DNA from: Candidatus Latescibacterota bacterium
GTDB taxonomy: Bacteria; Latescibacterota; UBA2968; UBA8231
Assembly: GCA_965204725.1 (NCBI GenBank)
Contig: OZ242005.1
Span: 3,776,001 to 3,840,000 of the forward strand
DNA length: 64,000 nucleotides
Reading direction: 5' to 3'
Below are positions 1-11,755 of the stretch, in pieces. The position numbers were made by a program, and so were the translations under genes. Position 1 is the stretch's first letter, and every line of letters starts with the position of its first letter. Below the pieces are notes generated by a model. It searched no databases and was not told the origin of the DNA. It saw only the letters and a program-made list of their open reading frames with translations.

Positions 1-612
1 AGTTCCTATCTCGACATGCGCGAGACAGCGCAGAAGGCAGCACTCCTCGAACAGGACAATGCCCTGCTCGAAGAGCAAGTAGGGCAAATCGATCGGCTCG
101 AAAAAATGCTGGTTCGGCTCAAGCGCGGCAACGACCGACTGCGCGCCATTTTAGGCAAGCCCGGGGCATTAGACGAGGAGGCCGCACAGCCCAGCGATGA
201 TCCCCCTTATATCTCCTCCATGCAGCGGCTGAGTTGGGGACACGTACACACCGTCCCCACCTTGTGGCCGTTGCACGGGCCTGTGCTCAGGCCCTTTAGC
301 GAGGAGCACCCCTCGGTTGTTATTGCGGCGACCGCGGGCAGCTTGGTAAGGGCCAGTGCCGCGGGCCAAGTGCTGCAAGCGGGCTACGACAAGGACCTCG
401 GCTACGTGGTGATTCTCGACCACGGCAATGGTCTGCTGACCCAATACGGGTACAACGCTCGCCTGCTCGTCGATGTGGGGGACTATGTGCTCAAGGGGCA
501 GTCCATCGCGCTCTTGGACGAGGGGCGTGGCTCCCGGAGGCCGGGACTACACTACGCCGTTCAAGAGGATGGGCAGTTCCGCGACCCCTTGCTCTATAGA
601 TTGTGGATGTGA
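1..612 (+). CDS. M23 (LytM) family protein with N-terminal coiled coil, 5'-truncated by window edge; catalytic motifs degenerate
   Basis: WPLHG..., VRASAAGQV, GYVVILDHGNGLLTQYG, V..GDYVLKGQSIA, LHYAV...DPL pattern; frame open from base 1. Confidence 0.8.
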   Translation, partial: SSYLDMRETAQKAALLEQDNALLEEQVGQIDRLEKMLVRLKRGNDRLRAILGKPGALDEEAAQPSDDPPYISSMQRLSWGHVHTVPTLWPLHGPVLRPFSEEHPSVVIAATAGSLVRASAAGQVLQAGYDKDLGYVVILDHGNGLLTQYGYNARLLVDVGDYVLKGQSIALLDEGRGSRRPGLHYAVQEDGQFRDPLLYRLWM

Positions 613-628
613 AAAGAGAATAGGGAAT

Positions 629-666
629 AAAAAAGGCTCGCTGCTTCTTCGGCAGCGAGCCTTTTT
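629..666. terminator. Bidirectional intrinsic terminator between convergent M23 gene and groEL
   Basis: AAAAAAGGCTCGCTGC-loop-GCAGCGAGCCTTTTT stem with A/T tracts on both sides. Confidence 0.9.
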
Positions 667-683
667 CGTTTGCGACAGAAGGG

Positions 684-2363
<1,680 letters not shown>

Positions 2364-2384
2364 TTATAGCCATTAAATAAGAAT

Positions 2385-2411
2385 CTGGCACTCAAAAAAA
2401 GAGAGTGCTAA
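2385..2411 (-). promoter_or_regulatory. CIRCE operator (HrcA binding site)
   Basis: Minus strand TTAGCACTC-N9-GAGTGCCAG, near consensus TTAGCACTC-N9-GAGTGCTAA, 60 bp upstream of groEL. Confidence 0.93.
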
Positions 2412-2570
2412 AAAGCAAAGCTGAATTGTTGAATATAGAAATCGCGCCCTTTTTGTGCAAGAATGACCTCTGCTTTTTGCTGGACGCACGATGGGGTGGC
2501 CTATTGAATCCGCATCGCCGCCGACAGATGCCCGGTCGCCGCAGCGGGTGTGGGCAGAGGCGTCGCTATA

Positions 2571-5500
2571 TCACTGAGCGACTACGACGACCTTGCTAGC
2601 TGAAGAGCAGTTGTTCTCGATGTCGCGCTCGCCGCTGACGGATTGTACACAGGCACCGTAGTAGTAGGTCCCCGGACTCGATGGTGCTGTCAGCCGGATC
2701 AATTTGAAAGTAGTACTTGGGGCGGCCGATCCGCTCACCGTGCTCGTGCCTACCTCGATGTCTTCGTTGGTGATAGTCGAGTCGTTAGAGCGATAGTAGC
2801 GCACCGTCGTCGGTGGTGCCGGTGCGTTGCCTCGGTTGTGAATCGCGACCGATAAAGTGAAGGACTGACTTGAGGCTAGGTTGGGCGGATTCACCGAAGG
2901 CGACGCGACCACTAGGTCTGGGGCGTCTGGGACGACGATTTCTAAGGCCAAGCCCACCGGGTCGCTCAATCCGGTGACGAGGTCTTCGATCCGCGTGCCG
3001 TCGAGGTTGGCCCGCCGGATATCTTTCGTGCCCGAGTCCGTCCAGTATATCTTGCCTCCGGCCCCATCGAGTGCCAAGCCTATTGTTGGATACCCCAATC
3101 CAGAGACGACCACGTCTTCGACTTGGGATCCGTCAAGGTTGGCTCGCTGCATTCTGAGTGTGCCCGAGTCCGTCCAGTATATCTTGCCTCCGGCTACATC
3201 AAGTGCTAAGGCCCGCGGACTGTTCAATGATGGGGTGACGAGGTCTTCAAACTGCGAGCCGTCCAAGTTCGTCCGTCCAATCCTAGATCTCCCGGTGTCC
3301 GTCCAGTACATCTTGCCTGCAGTCAAGTCCAGCGCAAGGCCTGCCGGAGTGCCCACTTCGGTTAGGAGATCTTCGACTTGGGAGCCATCAAGGTTGGCCC
3401 GCGAAATCCTGCCCTCGTCCCAGTCCTCGTCTGTCCAGTATATTTTGCCCCCGGCCACATCCAAGGCCAAGTTTCTTGGAACGAACAATCCGGTGGTAAC
3501 GAGGTCTTCGACTTGGGAGCCATCGAGATTCGCCCGCTGAATTTTGTCCGTTCCTGCATCTATCCAGTACATCTTGCCCCCGGCCACATCGAGAGCCAAG
3601 CCGCTTGGATAATCCAACCCGGTAGTGACGAGGTCTTCGACTTGGGAGCCATCGAGATTCGCCCGCTGAATTTTGTCCGTTTCCCAATCCGTCCAGTACA
3701 TCCTGCCCCGGCTTTCGGGTATAGGGACCGTCACCTTCACCGTGAAGGTCTGCGTGGTGGTCGCGTCGCTGGCATCACTCGCCATTACCGCTACTGTGGC
3801 GACGCCAAGTGTTACAGGACTGATCGTTAGCTGGCGGCCGGACACGCTCACTGTCGCCACGCCGGGGGCGTTGGACTCCGCCTCATAGGTAACCTCATCC
3901 CCTTCGGGATCGCGGGCGACCAAGTCAACGCGAAGGAGTTCTCCCTCCGCAACGCTCTGCTTGCCGATGCCGTCTAGTACCGGCGGACGATTCACTTTGA
4001 TTTCCGGCATGTCGGCCAAGTCTAGGGCTAAGCCAGATGGAGTTTCCAATCCGGTGGCTAGTAGGTCTTCGACTTGGGAGCCATCGAGATTCGCCCGCGA
4101 AATCCTGCCCTCGTCCCAGTCCTCGTCTGTCCAGTATATCTTGCCCCCGGCCACATCCAAGGCCAAGTTTCTTGGATCGAACGATCCGGTGATGACGAGG
4201 TCTTCGACTTGAGATCCGTTGAGGTTAGCCCGCTGAATTTTGCCCAGATCAGCCCAGTACATCTTGCCTCCGGCCAAGTCTAGGGCCAGGCCAGATGGAA
4301 AGTCCAATCTGGTGGTTACGAGTGCTTCGACCCGGGATCCGTCCAAGTTCGCCCGCTGAATCTTCTCAGTGCCCCAGTCCGTCCAGTACATTTTGCCTCC
4401 GGCGACGTCCAAGGCTAGGCCATCTATCTGAAATAATCCGGTAGTGACGAGGTCTTCGATTTGGGACCCGTCGAGATTCGCCCGCTGAATTTTTTGTCTC
4501 GGCCAAGCCGCGTCCGTCCAGTACATCTTGCCTCCGGTGATGTCCAGAGCTAGGCTCCAGATATCGCCCAGCCCAGTGACGAGGTCTTCCACTTGGGACC
4601 CGTCCAAGTTCGCCCGCTGAATCCTGTTGGTGCCCCGATCCGTCCAGTACATCTTGCCCTCGTCTAAATCCAAAGCGAGATCTGTCGGTTGCTCCAACCC
4701 GGTGGTGACGAGGTCTTCGATTTGGGACCCGTCAAGATTCGCCCGCTGAACTTTAGCCTCCCTCCGATCCACCCAGTACATTTTGCCCTCGGCGACCACG
4801 CTACTTGGGGTGCCGATTCCCGGCGGCAGCGAGGGGTCGGTCGGATTGACGCTATAGGTGGCGATGAGATAAGCGTCGGTGATGTCGATGCGACCGTCGC
4901 GATTCACATCGCCTAGTGAAGATGTCTCCGTCGTTTGGGATGGTGATTGAGGCATCGAGGCTGTACAATCCCACCAGTAGCGCGTCAAAGATGTCAACTT
5001 GGCCATTGGCATCTACATCGCCCCAGATCCTGTCACTCGTGGTCTCCTTCATCGCGGCTAGGCCAGTGGTGCTGGTGTGCGCTTCGACCACGATCTCCAC
5101 TGGCCCGCCGCTAGCTCGGAAGGCTGGGTCTATATGGGTGACCACATCGAGTCCCGAGACGGTCAGCCCGTAAGTCGGCTCGGATGCCGCCAAGTTCGCC
5201 GGAGGCTCAGCGGCAGTCGCCGCTCCCGGAGCATGGACCGGCCCATCAATGAGCACCATCCTCCGGGTCTCACTCGGCCCAGTCCCACGGATGCGATAGA
5301 GATACAGGCCCGCTGCTACAGCGCGACCGGCTGCATCTGTGCCGTGCCAAGTCGCCGTGTGCCAGCCGGCTGGCTGTTCCCGATCGACTAAGGTCGCGAT
5401 GTGCTGCCCAAGTACATTGAAGACCTCAAGCCGTACGTGCGTCGGTGCCGAAAGCTGATAGGGGATAATTGTGGAAGGATTGAATGGATTGGGATAGTTC

Positions 5501-5838
5501 TGTAGTAGCGCGAAGTCTTGAGGGCGGGCATCGGCTAAGCGGGGAGCGGCCAGCGCGAAGTACCCTTCTGCATCCGCCGTGGTGCCGACCGAGCGGCGCG
5601 GATCGGTCTGGTCGAAAAGCCGCACCTGTACTCCGGCCGCCGGCTGCCCAGAGGCCAGCCGCACCCAGCCCTCAAGCCGCGGCTCGGGTTCCACCGCTCC
5701 GCTCCTTCCGCTCAATAACACCAGCCCGAGGAGACCTCCAGTCCCCAATTTCACAGCTTGCTGTCTCCATGCGCTCATAGCTTCTAGCTCCTTGTTATCG
5801 GCAACCAAAGAAAGATAGAACTTGACGCCGGTTGCCAC
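2571..5838 (-). pseudogene. Secreted multidomain protein (signal peptide, FlgD-Ig/T9SS-CTD-like, dockerin, two YWTD/LDL-receptor-B propellers, cadherin-like Ig, CARDB) split by a +1 frameshift at ~4919
   Basis: ORF 4852..5838 ends GDVDANGQVDIFDA...GDI and ORF 2571..5012 continues SLGDVNRDGRIDITDA; ~12 KMYWTD...IQRANLDGSQVEDLV repeats; removing one T of ATCTTCACTA joins the frames. Confidence 0.8.
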
Positions 5839-5928
5839 CTCTGGTCAAACCGATGCCTTTTTGAGATGGTAAAGGCCGACGCTGAGACCGCGACTCAGCA
5901 GGGAGTGGTGCAGGTAGTGCCCTAAATG

Positions 5929-6135
5929 CTAATCGAGCAAGCTCTGAAGTTCGAGCGGCAAGCCTTGGCGCAATGAGTCGGGAAAGTTGTCGCGGTACTT
6001 GGTGTCGATATGGGCACGAACTGCGGCCGTAGTGTCGCGGTCGAGATAATCGGGAAACACGGTGTACCCTCGGCTGTCTAGTTCCTGCAACCGAGTGCTG
6101 AGATTGGCCAATTCGGGATAGGTCTTATTCGCCAT
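5929..6135 (-). pseudogene. Remnant resembling a phytanoyl-CoA dioxygenase (PhyH) family gene with internal deletion
   Basis: N-terminus LQELDSRGYTVFPDYLD..T..VRAHID typical of PhyH starts, joined directly to a C-terminal-like LP.ELQSLLD tail; only 68 aa. Confidence 0.5.
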
Positions 6136-6212
6136 GGTCGAATTTTCCCTACGTTCTCAGGAACATTGGCACTATTCTTAGCATGTCCTCAGTCGTGCTG
6201 TAGAAATCAAAC

Positions 6213-6608
6213 TTACAGGTGGTTGGCGTTTGGAAGGCCCGCCATTTTGCGATCCAGCGTCAAGGTCTCTAGCTCGGCTCGCGTATAGTCGTTGACGATT
6301 AAGCGGTCAAGGAGACCCGGGCCAGTATTGGATGCGAGCGCGGCCAGTACGGTGTAGCCATTAAGCGGTGCGATCAGTCCGCTTTGCAGCACTTGGCCCA
6401 ATGCACTCCGTACCTCCGTTTTCGAGACTCCGTAGTGATGCTGCACGGCAATGTAGGCTTCGCCAATGACTTGGTTGGATGCAAAAATCTCTGCGCCTTC
6501 TTCAGCCAACGCAGTGAGTCGCCGTACACAACGAACAAACTCCGGTTCAGGGTCTCCGGTGAGCAGGCGGACCAATATCGAAGTGTCAATCCCGAAGCGT
6601 TGGGTCAT
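6213..6608 (-). CDS. vapC: VapC-type PIN domain toxin
   Basis: GIDTSILVR, VIGEAY, GLLDRLI, TLTLDRK acidic PIN motifs; overlaps antitoxin end. Confidence 0.88.
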   Translation of the reverse strand: MTQRFGIDTSILVRLLTGDPEPEFVRCVRRLTALAEEGAEIFASNQVIGEAYIAVQHHYGVSKTEVRSALGQVLQSGLIAPLNGYTVLAALASNTGPGLLDRLIVNDYTRAELETLTLDRKMAGLPNANHL

Positions 6609-6828
6609 AGGATTGGTCTCGAAAGGACTGGAGATCGAACATCCCCCTGCCACGCACTAGCTTATCTTTGAGGGGGGCGAGGCGTGTGGGATCAATTCGC
6701 TGGGGCCGCAGTATGAATCCATCCGGGCCTTCCTCTAGGGAGAGCCGATCGCCCGGCCCTACTCCTAGCGCGTCCAATACTCTGGCAGGGAAGGTGACTT
6801 GGTGCTTGGAGGTAATTTTGATTAGCAT
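6586..6828 (-). CDS. vapB: AbrB/MazE/SpoVT-family antitoxin (VapB)
   Basis: MLIKITSKHQVTFPARVLDALGVGPGDRL AbrB signature; ATG at 6828. Confidence 0.88.
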   Translation of the reverse strand: MLIKITSKHQVTFPARVLDALGVGPGDRLSLEEGPDGFILRPQRIDPTRLAPLKDKLVRGRGMFDLQSFRDQSYDPTLRD

Positions 6829-6883
6829 GAGTGGTTCCTTTGGGAAAAAAGATACATCGTGAAAGGTAACTTGGACAAGGTAC

Positions 6884-7570
6884 TTGAATAGGTCGAACGA
6901 AACGCACGTTTGCCGAGTCGGGCGGATCGATTTTGCTCGGGCTTGGGCTTGGCAAGAGTCGCTGCGCCAGTTGCGGCGCGCCGAGCAAATTCCAGATACG
7001 CTCATGCTGGTTGAACACCCGCCAACCTATACGGGCGGCAGGGCGACGCTGCCCGAGCATCTCCTAACCAAAGGGCTAGATGTGGTCGCGATTGACCGCG
7101 GGGGCAGCGTGACGTTTCACGGGCCGGGCCAGATTGTGGCCTATCCAATCGTCGATCTACGCCAGCGCGGTCGGGATGTACATCAATACTTGCGCGATCT
7201 GGAGACCGTGCTAATCCGCACGTTGGACGCCTGTGGCTTGGCGGGAGAGGCGCGGCGCGGCTTGACCGGTGCTTGGGTCGGCTCGTCCAAAGTGGCGTCG
7301 ATAGGCGTCAACGTGCGGCACTGGATCACGGTACACGGCTTGGCCCTGAATGTGGCTACCGATTTGAGCTACTTTGCGGCAATCAAGCCCTGCGGCTTAG
7401 GGAGCGAGGAGATGACTACGATGACCGCGCTTTTAGGGCGTGGGTTGGACCGGAGCGAAGTCGAGTCTGAACTCCTGTGCGCCTATGCCGATGTATTCGC
7501 CTGCGAGTTGGTCGAGGTTGAGCGCAGTGCTTTAGCGGCTCGCATTGGCCGTCTCGAGCGAAATCCTTAG
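6884..7570 (+). CDS. lipB: Lipoyl(octanoyl) transferase
   Basis: EHPPTYTGG, DRGGSVTFHGPGQ, KVASIG, HGLALNV, IKPCGL. Confidence 0.95.
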   Translation: MNRSNETHVCRVGRIDFARAWAWQESLRQLRRAEQIPDTLMLVEHPPTYTGGRATLPEHLLTKGLDVVAIDRGGSVTFHGPGQIVAYPIVDLRQRGRDVHQYLRDLETVLIRTLDACGLAGEARRGLTGAWVGSSKVASIGVNVRHWITVHGLALNVATDLSYFAAIKPCGLGSEEMTTMTALLGRGLDRSEVESELLCAYADVFACELVEVERSALAARIGRLERNP

Positions 7571-7669
7571 ATTCAAAAGCCGCGGCACATAGGCCCCGAG
7601 CACCGCGGTCAAACTGAGCCGATTGTTCCTTTTATCCCTTAAATACAAAGAACGAGGAGTCTTATCATT

Positions 7670-8923
7670 ATGGCCGATTGGCAGCCTCAGGTCCCCGCAA
7701 ATGGCGACAAAATAACGTTAGTCGATGGCGCACTCCGCGTTCCCGACCAGCCCATCATCCCCTTTATCGAAGGCGACGGCACGGGGCCGGATATCTGGGC
7801 GGCGGCCGTGCGCGTTTTCGACTCAGCCGTTGAGAAGGCTTATGGCGGTCAGCGAAGGATCGCTTGGATGGAGGTTTTGGCCGGTGGGAAGGCGTTTGAG
7901 CAGACCGCTAGCTGGCTGCCCGACTCCACGGTGGAGGCCTTTAGTACCTATCTGGTCGGCATCAAGGGGCCGCTGACGACGCCTGTTGGGGGTGGGATCC
8001 GCAGCCTCAACGTGGCTTTGCGCCAGATACTCGACCTCTATGTGTGTCTGCGCCCCGTGCGCTACTTCAGCGGCGTCCCCTCGCCGGTGCGGCAACCCGA
8101 ACTGGTCGATATGGTTATCTTCCGCGAAAACACCGAGGACATCTACGCCGGGATCGAGTTTGAACAGGGTACAGACGACAACGTGCGCTTTAAGTCGCTC
8201 CTTGCCGAGCACTTTGCCGATCGCTACGGAAAAATTCGCTTTCCAGATACCGCTGGCTTGGGCGTCAAGCCCATCTCGCAAGAGGGCACCGAGCGGCTGG
8301 TCCGTGCTGCTATTGACTACGCCGCGGCCCAAGGCCGCGAGAGCGTTACTTTGGTACACAAGGGCAACATCATGAAGTTCACCGAAGGGGCCTTCCGCGA
8401 CTGGGGCTACGAGGTGGCGCGAAAGGCGTATGGCGGCGAGGAAATCGACGGCGGCCCTTGGACGAGCCTCGTGGTTGACGGCACCCAGATCACGGTCAAG
8501 GACGCGATCGCCGACGCCTTTTTACAGCAGATTCTCACGCGCCCGGCCGAGTATTCGGTCATCGCCACGATGAACCTCAACGGCGATTACATCAGCGACG
8601 CGCTGGCCGCTTGCGTCGGCGGCATCGGCATCGCGCCGGGGGGCAACATCAATTACGCCACGGGCCATGCCATCTTTGAGGCCACCCACGGCACCGCTCC
8701 CAAATACGCGGGCCAAGACAAGGTCAACCCCGGTTCGGTGATCCTGTCGGGCGAGATGATGTTCCGCCACTTGGGGTGGAACGAGGCGGCCGACCGGATC
8801 GTCAAGGGGCTGGAGCAGACGATTGCGAGCCGGGTCGTCACCTACGACTTTGCGCGGCTGATGGACGCGCCGACCGAGGTCAAGTGCTCGGAGTTCGGCG
8901 CAGCCATTATCGAGAACATGTAG
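7670..8923 (+). CDS. icd: NADP-dependent isocitrate dehydrogenase
   Basis: [51 protein letters not shown]. Confidence 0.98.
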   Translation: MADWQPQVPANGDKITLVDGALRVPDQPIIPFIEGDGTGPDIWAAAVRVFDSAVEKAYGGQRRIAWMEVLAGGKAFEQTASWLPDSTVEAFSTYLVGIKGPLTTPVGGGIRSLNVALRQILDLYVCLRPVRYFSGVPSPVRQPELVDMVIFRENTEDIYAGIEFEQGTDDNVRFKSLLAEHFADRYGKIRFPDTAGLGVKPISQEGTERLVRAAIDYAAAQGRESVTLVHKGNIMKFTEGAFRDWGYEVARKAYGGEEIDGGPWTSLVVDGTQITVKDAIADAFLQQILTRPAEYSVIATMNLNGDYISDALAACVGGIGIAPGGNINYATGHAIFEATHGTAPKYAGQDKVNPGSVILSGEMMFRHLGWNEAADRIVKGLEQTIASRVVTYDFARLMDAPTEVKCSEFGAAIIENM

Positions 8924-9420
8924 TGGCCGACGCGCTGACTCACCTCGACGAGCAGGGCCGCCTCAAGATGGTTGATGTGAGCGGCAAGGAGCCGACGGCG
9001 CGGATGGCGCGGGTGCGCGGCGAGATTCGCATGGACGGCGCGACGGCACGGCTGATTGCTGAGAATAAAGTCGCCAAGGGCAGCGTCTTGGAAGCGGCGC
9101 GACTGGCCGGGATCATGGCCGCCAAGCGCACGGGGGAGTTAATTCCCTTGTGCCATCCGCTCAACCTGACTGCGGTCAGCGTGGATTTGCACGTTGGCGA
9201 GGATCGGGTCGAAGTTGAGGCCGAGGCGAGGATTGACGACCGCACGGGCGTAGAGATGGAGGCACTGGTGGCGGCGAGCACGGCGCTTTTGACGATCTAC
9301 GACATGTGCAAGGGCGTCGATCGCGGAATGGTGATCTCCGAGTTGCGGCTCATGGAGAAACGGGGCGGGCAGAGTGGGGCGTGGGTGCGGGACGAGGATA
9401 GAACGGGATCGAACTGTTGA
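8923..9420 (+). CDS. moaC: Cyclic pyranopterin monophosphate synthase
   Basis: LTHLD...MVDVSGK, LIPLCHPL, TGVEMEAL, TIYDMCK; GTG start overlapping icd TAG. Confidence 0.95.
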   Translation: MADALTHLDEQGRLKMVDVSGKEPTARMARVRGEIRMDGATARLIAENKVAKGSVLEAARLAGIMAAKRTGELIPLCHPLNLTAVSVDLHVGEDRVEVEAEARIDDRTGVEMEALVAASTALLTIYDMCKGVDRGMVISELRLMEKRGGQSGAWVRDEDRTGSNC

Positions 9421-9439
9421 GCGATGGGAGCCTGCTAGC

Positions 9440-9669
9440 GTCTTCGACCAAGGATATGTTAAATGATGACTTTTGTAACTTTGAGAGCGGTATTGTATTA
9501 GCCCGGCTTGTCCGCCTCCACTGTGCGTAAAAAGAGAGGCCAGATCGTCTTTACTTCTCATCCAAGACGAACCGAAACCAACGCCGATTTGGTGTGTTCT
9601 TTCGGTCTCGGCTTCCAAGCATTGCGCGAGCAGTACACAACCCACAAAACCCCAACCAATACGCCGCAT
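9440..9669 (-). pseudogene. Probable 5' fragment of a secreted protein gene (AT-richer patch)
   Basis: MRRIGWGFVGCVLLAQCLEA signal-like start; frame then runs antisense into moaC; 3' boundary approximate. Confidence 0.3.
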
Positions 9670-9740
9670 TATATATAGCAGTCCTAAATAACTTGAAAGC
9701 ATGGAATGTTGATCGGCCCGGTCTTTTTTGCCGATGAGGC

Positions 9741-9767
9741 GTCATTCCCGCGCAAGCGGGAATCCAG
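9741..9767. repeat. dRS3/REP-like short palindromic repeat
   Basis: GTCATTCCCGCGCAAGCGGGAATCCAG contains ATTCCC-N8-GGGAAT core. Confidence 0.7.
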
Positions 9768-9802
9768 TCTCGAAGGATGTAGGATTGCTATATGACTCCA
9801 TC

Positions 9803-10717
9803 CTATACCGCCGATCCCAGCTTGAGCAACACGGCCTTCTGACTGTGCAGGCGGTTTTCGGCCTGAGTGAATATCAGCGAGCGCTCGTCGTGCAAGAGGT
9901 CACCTTCGATCTCGTAGCCGTGGTGGGCGGGTAAGCAGTGCAGGATTTTCAGGTCCAGACCGGCGAGCAACTCGCGGCTGAGTTGATAGGGCTGGAAGGT
10001 TTGGACCCGGCGCTCCTTTTCGCGGGCGAACTTGGGGTCGGTGAAAAACTCCATGTCGATCCAAGTGTCGGTGTACACGGCGTCAGACTTTGCCAACGCC
10101 GGGTGCAGATCCTCAGTGTGCTCGTAGAGTCCCAAGCGCTTGGCTTCGGCGTAGAGCGCGTCGTCGCGGGCAGCCTCGTTGATCTCCGGGCAGACGCAAG
10201 TGACGTGCATGCCCACTTTGACGCCAGCGGCAATGAGCGAGTTGGCGACGTTGTTGAGAACCCCGATGTATGTCAGGCGCATTCCTTCGAGCCGACCGAA
10301 AGCCTCCTGTAGGGTCATTAGATCGGCCAATGCCTGCAAGGGGTGGTAGCGGTTGCAGCAGCCGTTCATCAGCGGTACTTGCGAGGCCGCGGCCGCCCGG
10401 CGCACATCGGCGTGTTCGAGCAGGCGAGCGACGATGAAGTCGGAGTAGCCGGAGAGGACGCGGAACTCGTCGCCTAAGTCGGCGAGGCCGAAGTTGGTGT
10501 TTAGCCAATCGAGGTAGAGGGCGTGGCCGCCTAGCTGAGCGGTGCCGATTTCGCCGGCGCACCGGGTGCGGGTCGAAGTCTTTTGGAAGAGCAGGATCAC
10601 CGTGCGTCCAGAGAGGGCGTCGGCGTAGTGCTGCGGGGTGGCCTTGACGGCGAGGCCGAGCTCGACAGCTTGCTGCACGTCGGCTGGGGACCAGTCCTTT
10701 AGGGTAATTAAATGCAA
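9803..10717 (-). CDS. argF: Ornithine carbamoyltransferase
   Basis: STRT, HPLQALAD, HCLP, QAENRLH motifs. Confidence 0.9.
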   Translation of the reverse strand: MHLITLKDWSPADVQQAVELGLAVKATPQHYADALSGRTVILLFQKTSTRTRCAGEIGTAQLGGHALYLDWLNTNFGLADLGDEFRVLSGYSDFIVARLLEHADVRRAAAASQVPLMNGCCNRYHPLQALADLMTLQEAFGRLEGMRLTYIGVLNNVANSLIAAGVKVGMHVTCVCPEINEAARDDALYAEAKRLGLYEHTEDLHPALAKSDAVYTDTWIDMEFFTDPKFAREKERRVQTFQPYQLSRELLAGLDLKILHCLPAHHGYEIEGDLLHDERSLIFTQAENRLHSQKAVLLKLGSAV

Positions 10718-10784
10718 TGGAACGTTTCCTTACTTTGTTGCTTCGTTGGAGTGAAGTAAAACTATAGTAAATAAAAATTTGCAA

Positions 10785-11753
10785 TCAAGAATAATTATTA
10801 CTAAAGCGCAAGTGGCGGTCAATTTCGGCCAATACGTTCTCCACTATCTCTTGGGGCGCGCCCGTTAGCTCTAGCCCGGCGGCGCGGGCGTGACCGCCGC
10901 CACCAAAAGTGCCGGCGACTTGGCTGACGTCGACCTCGGCGCGGGAGCGCAAGCTGATGCGGTAGCATCCGGGGGAGCGTTCCTTGAGCAGCACGGCCAC
11001 TTCAACGCCCCTAATCATCAGGCCGTAGTTGACGACTTCGTCCGGTTCGCCCGCGCCCATGGCTTCGTGGTCGAGATGGAGCACCGCCACTCGGCCGCCA
11101 AGGCGCAGCACCAAGCTCTCAATGGCTTGGCCGCGCTGCTTGACCGAGCCGAGGCTCTTGTTGCCAAAGACGCCCTCGGCGATAGCGTCGAGCTGTGCGC
11201 CGCGCCGCACTAGGTCGGCCGCCACTTCAAAGGTGGTTGCCGTGGTTAGCGAGAAGCGAAAGCCGCCGGTATCAAAGAGAATCCCCGCATAGAGTTGGGC
11301 GGCGACGACCGCGTCGATCTCATAGCCGAGGCCGCTGGCGACATGGTAGAGGAGCTCGCAGGTAGAGCTGATCTCCGCCACGATATTCACCGCGCCAAAG
11401 CCCTCATTGCCGCGGTGGTGATCGATGTTGAGGAGACGAATGTCGGGGCTGAGACTTGGGCGCACCGGGCCGATGCGGTCGAGGGAGGGGCAGTCGGCGA
11501 CAATGGCGCAGCGATAGCGGGCCAAGTCGAGGTCGGCAAAGTGGCGCACGCCGTCCCAGCCGGCGAGAAAGGAGCATTGGTCCGCTGGTGGCTCGGGCAG
11601 GCCGATGTCGGCGCGCTTGCCGAGGCCCCTCAGCAGGTGCGCCCAAGCCATGCAGGCCCCTAGGCCATCGGCGTCGCTGTTGACGTGGGTGGTAAGCAGG
11701 AAGTCGTCTGCTGCCTCAATGAAGGCCTGCGTTGCTTTTAGCTTCAGGTCCAA
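10785..11753 (-). CDS. nrnA: DHH family phosphoesterase (NrnA-like)
   Basis: HVNSDADG, IDHH, DTGGF, SLRS, GGGH. Confidence 0.88.
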   Translation of the reverse strand: MDLKLKATQAFIEAADDFLLTTHVNSDADGLGACMAWAHLLRGLGKRADIGLPEPPADQCSFLAGWDGVRHFADLDLARYRCAIVADCPSLDRIGPVRPSLSPDIRLLNIDHHRGNEGFGAVNIVAEISSTCELLYHVASGLGYEIDAVVAAQLYAGILFDTGGFRFSLTTATTFEVAADLVRRGAQLDAIAEGVFGNKSLGSVKQRGQAIESLVLRLGGRVAVLHLDHEAMGAGEPDEVVNYGLMIRGVEVAVLLKERSPGCYRISLRSRAEVDVSQVAGTFGGGGHARAAGLELTGAPQEIVENVLAEIDRHLRFSNNYS

Positions 11754-11755
11754 AG

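Noticed and set aside
2950-4790. ~130-bp periodic repeats (GTCCAGTACATCTTGCC...) resembling a CRISPR array
   Set aside because: They are in-frame YWTD coding repeats, the intervening sequences are homologous to each other, and no cas genes are present.
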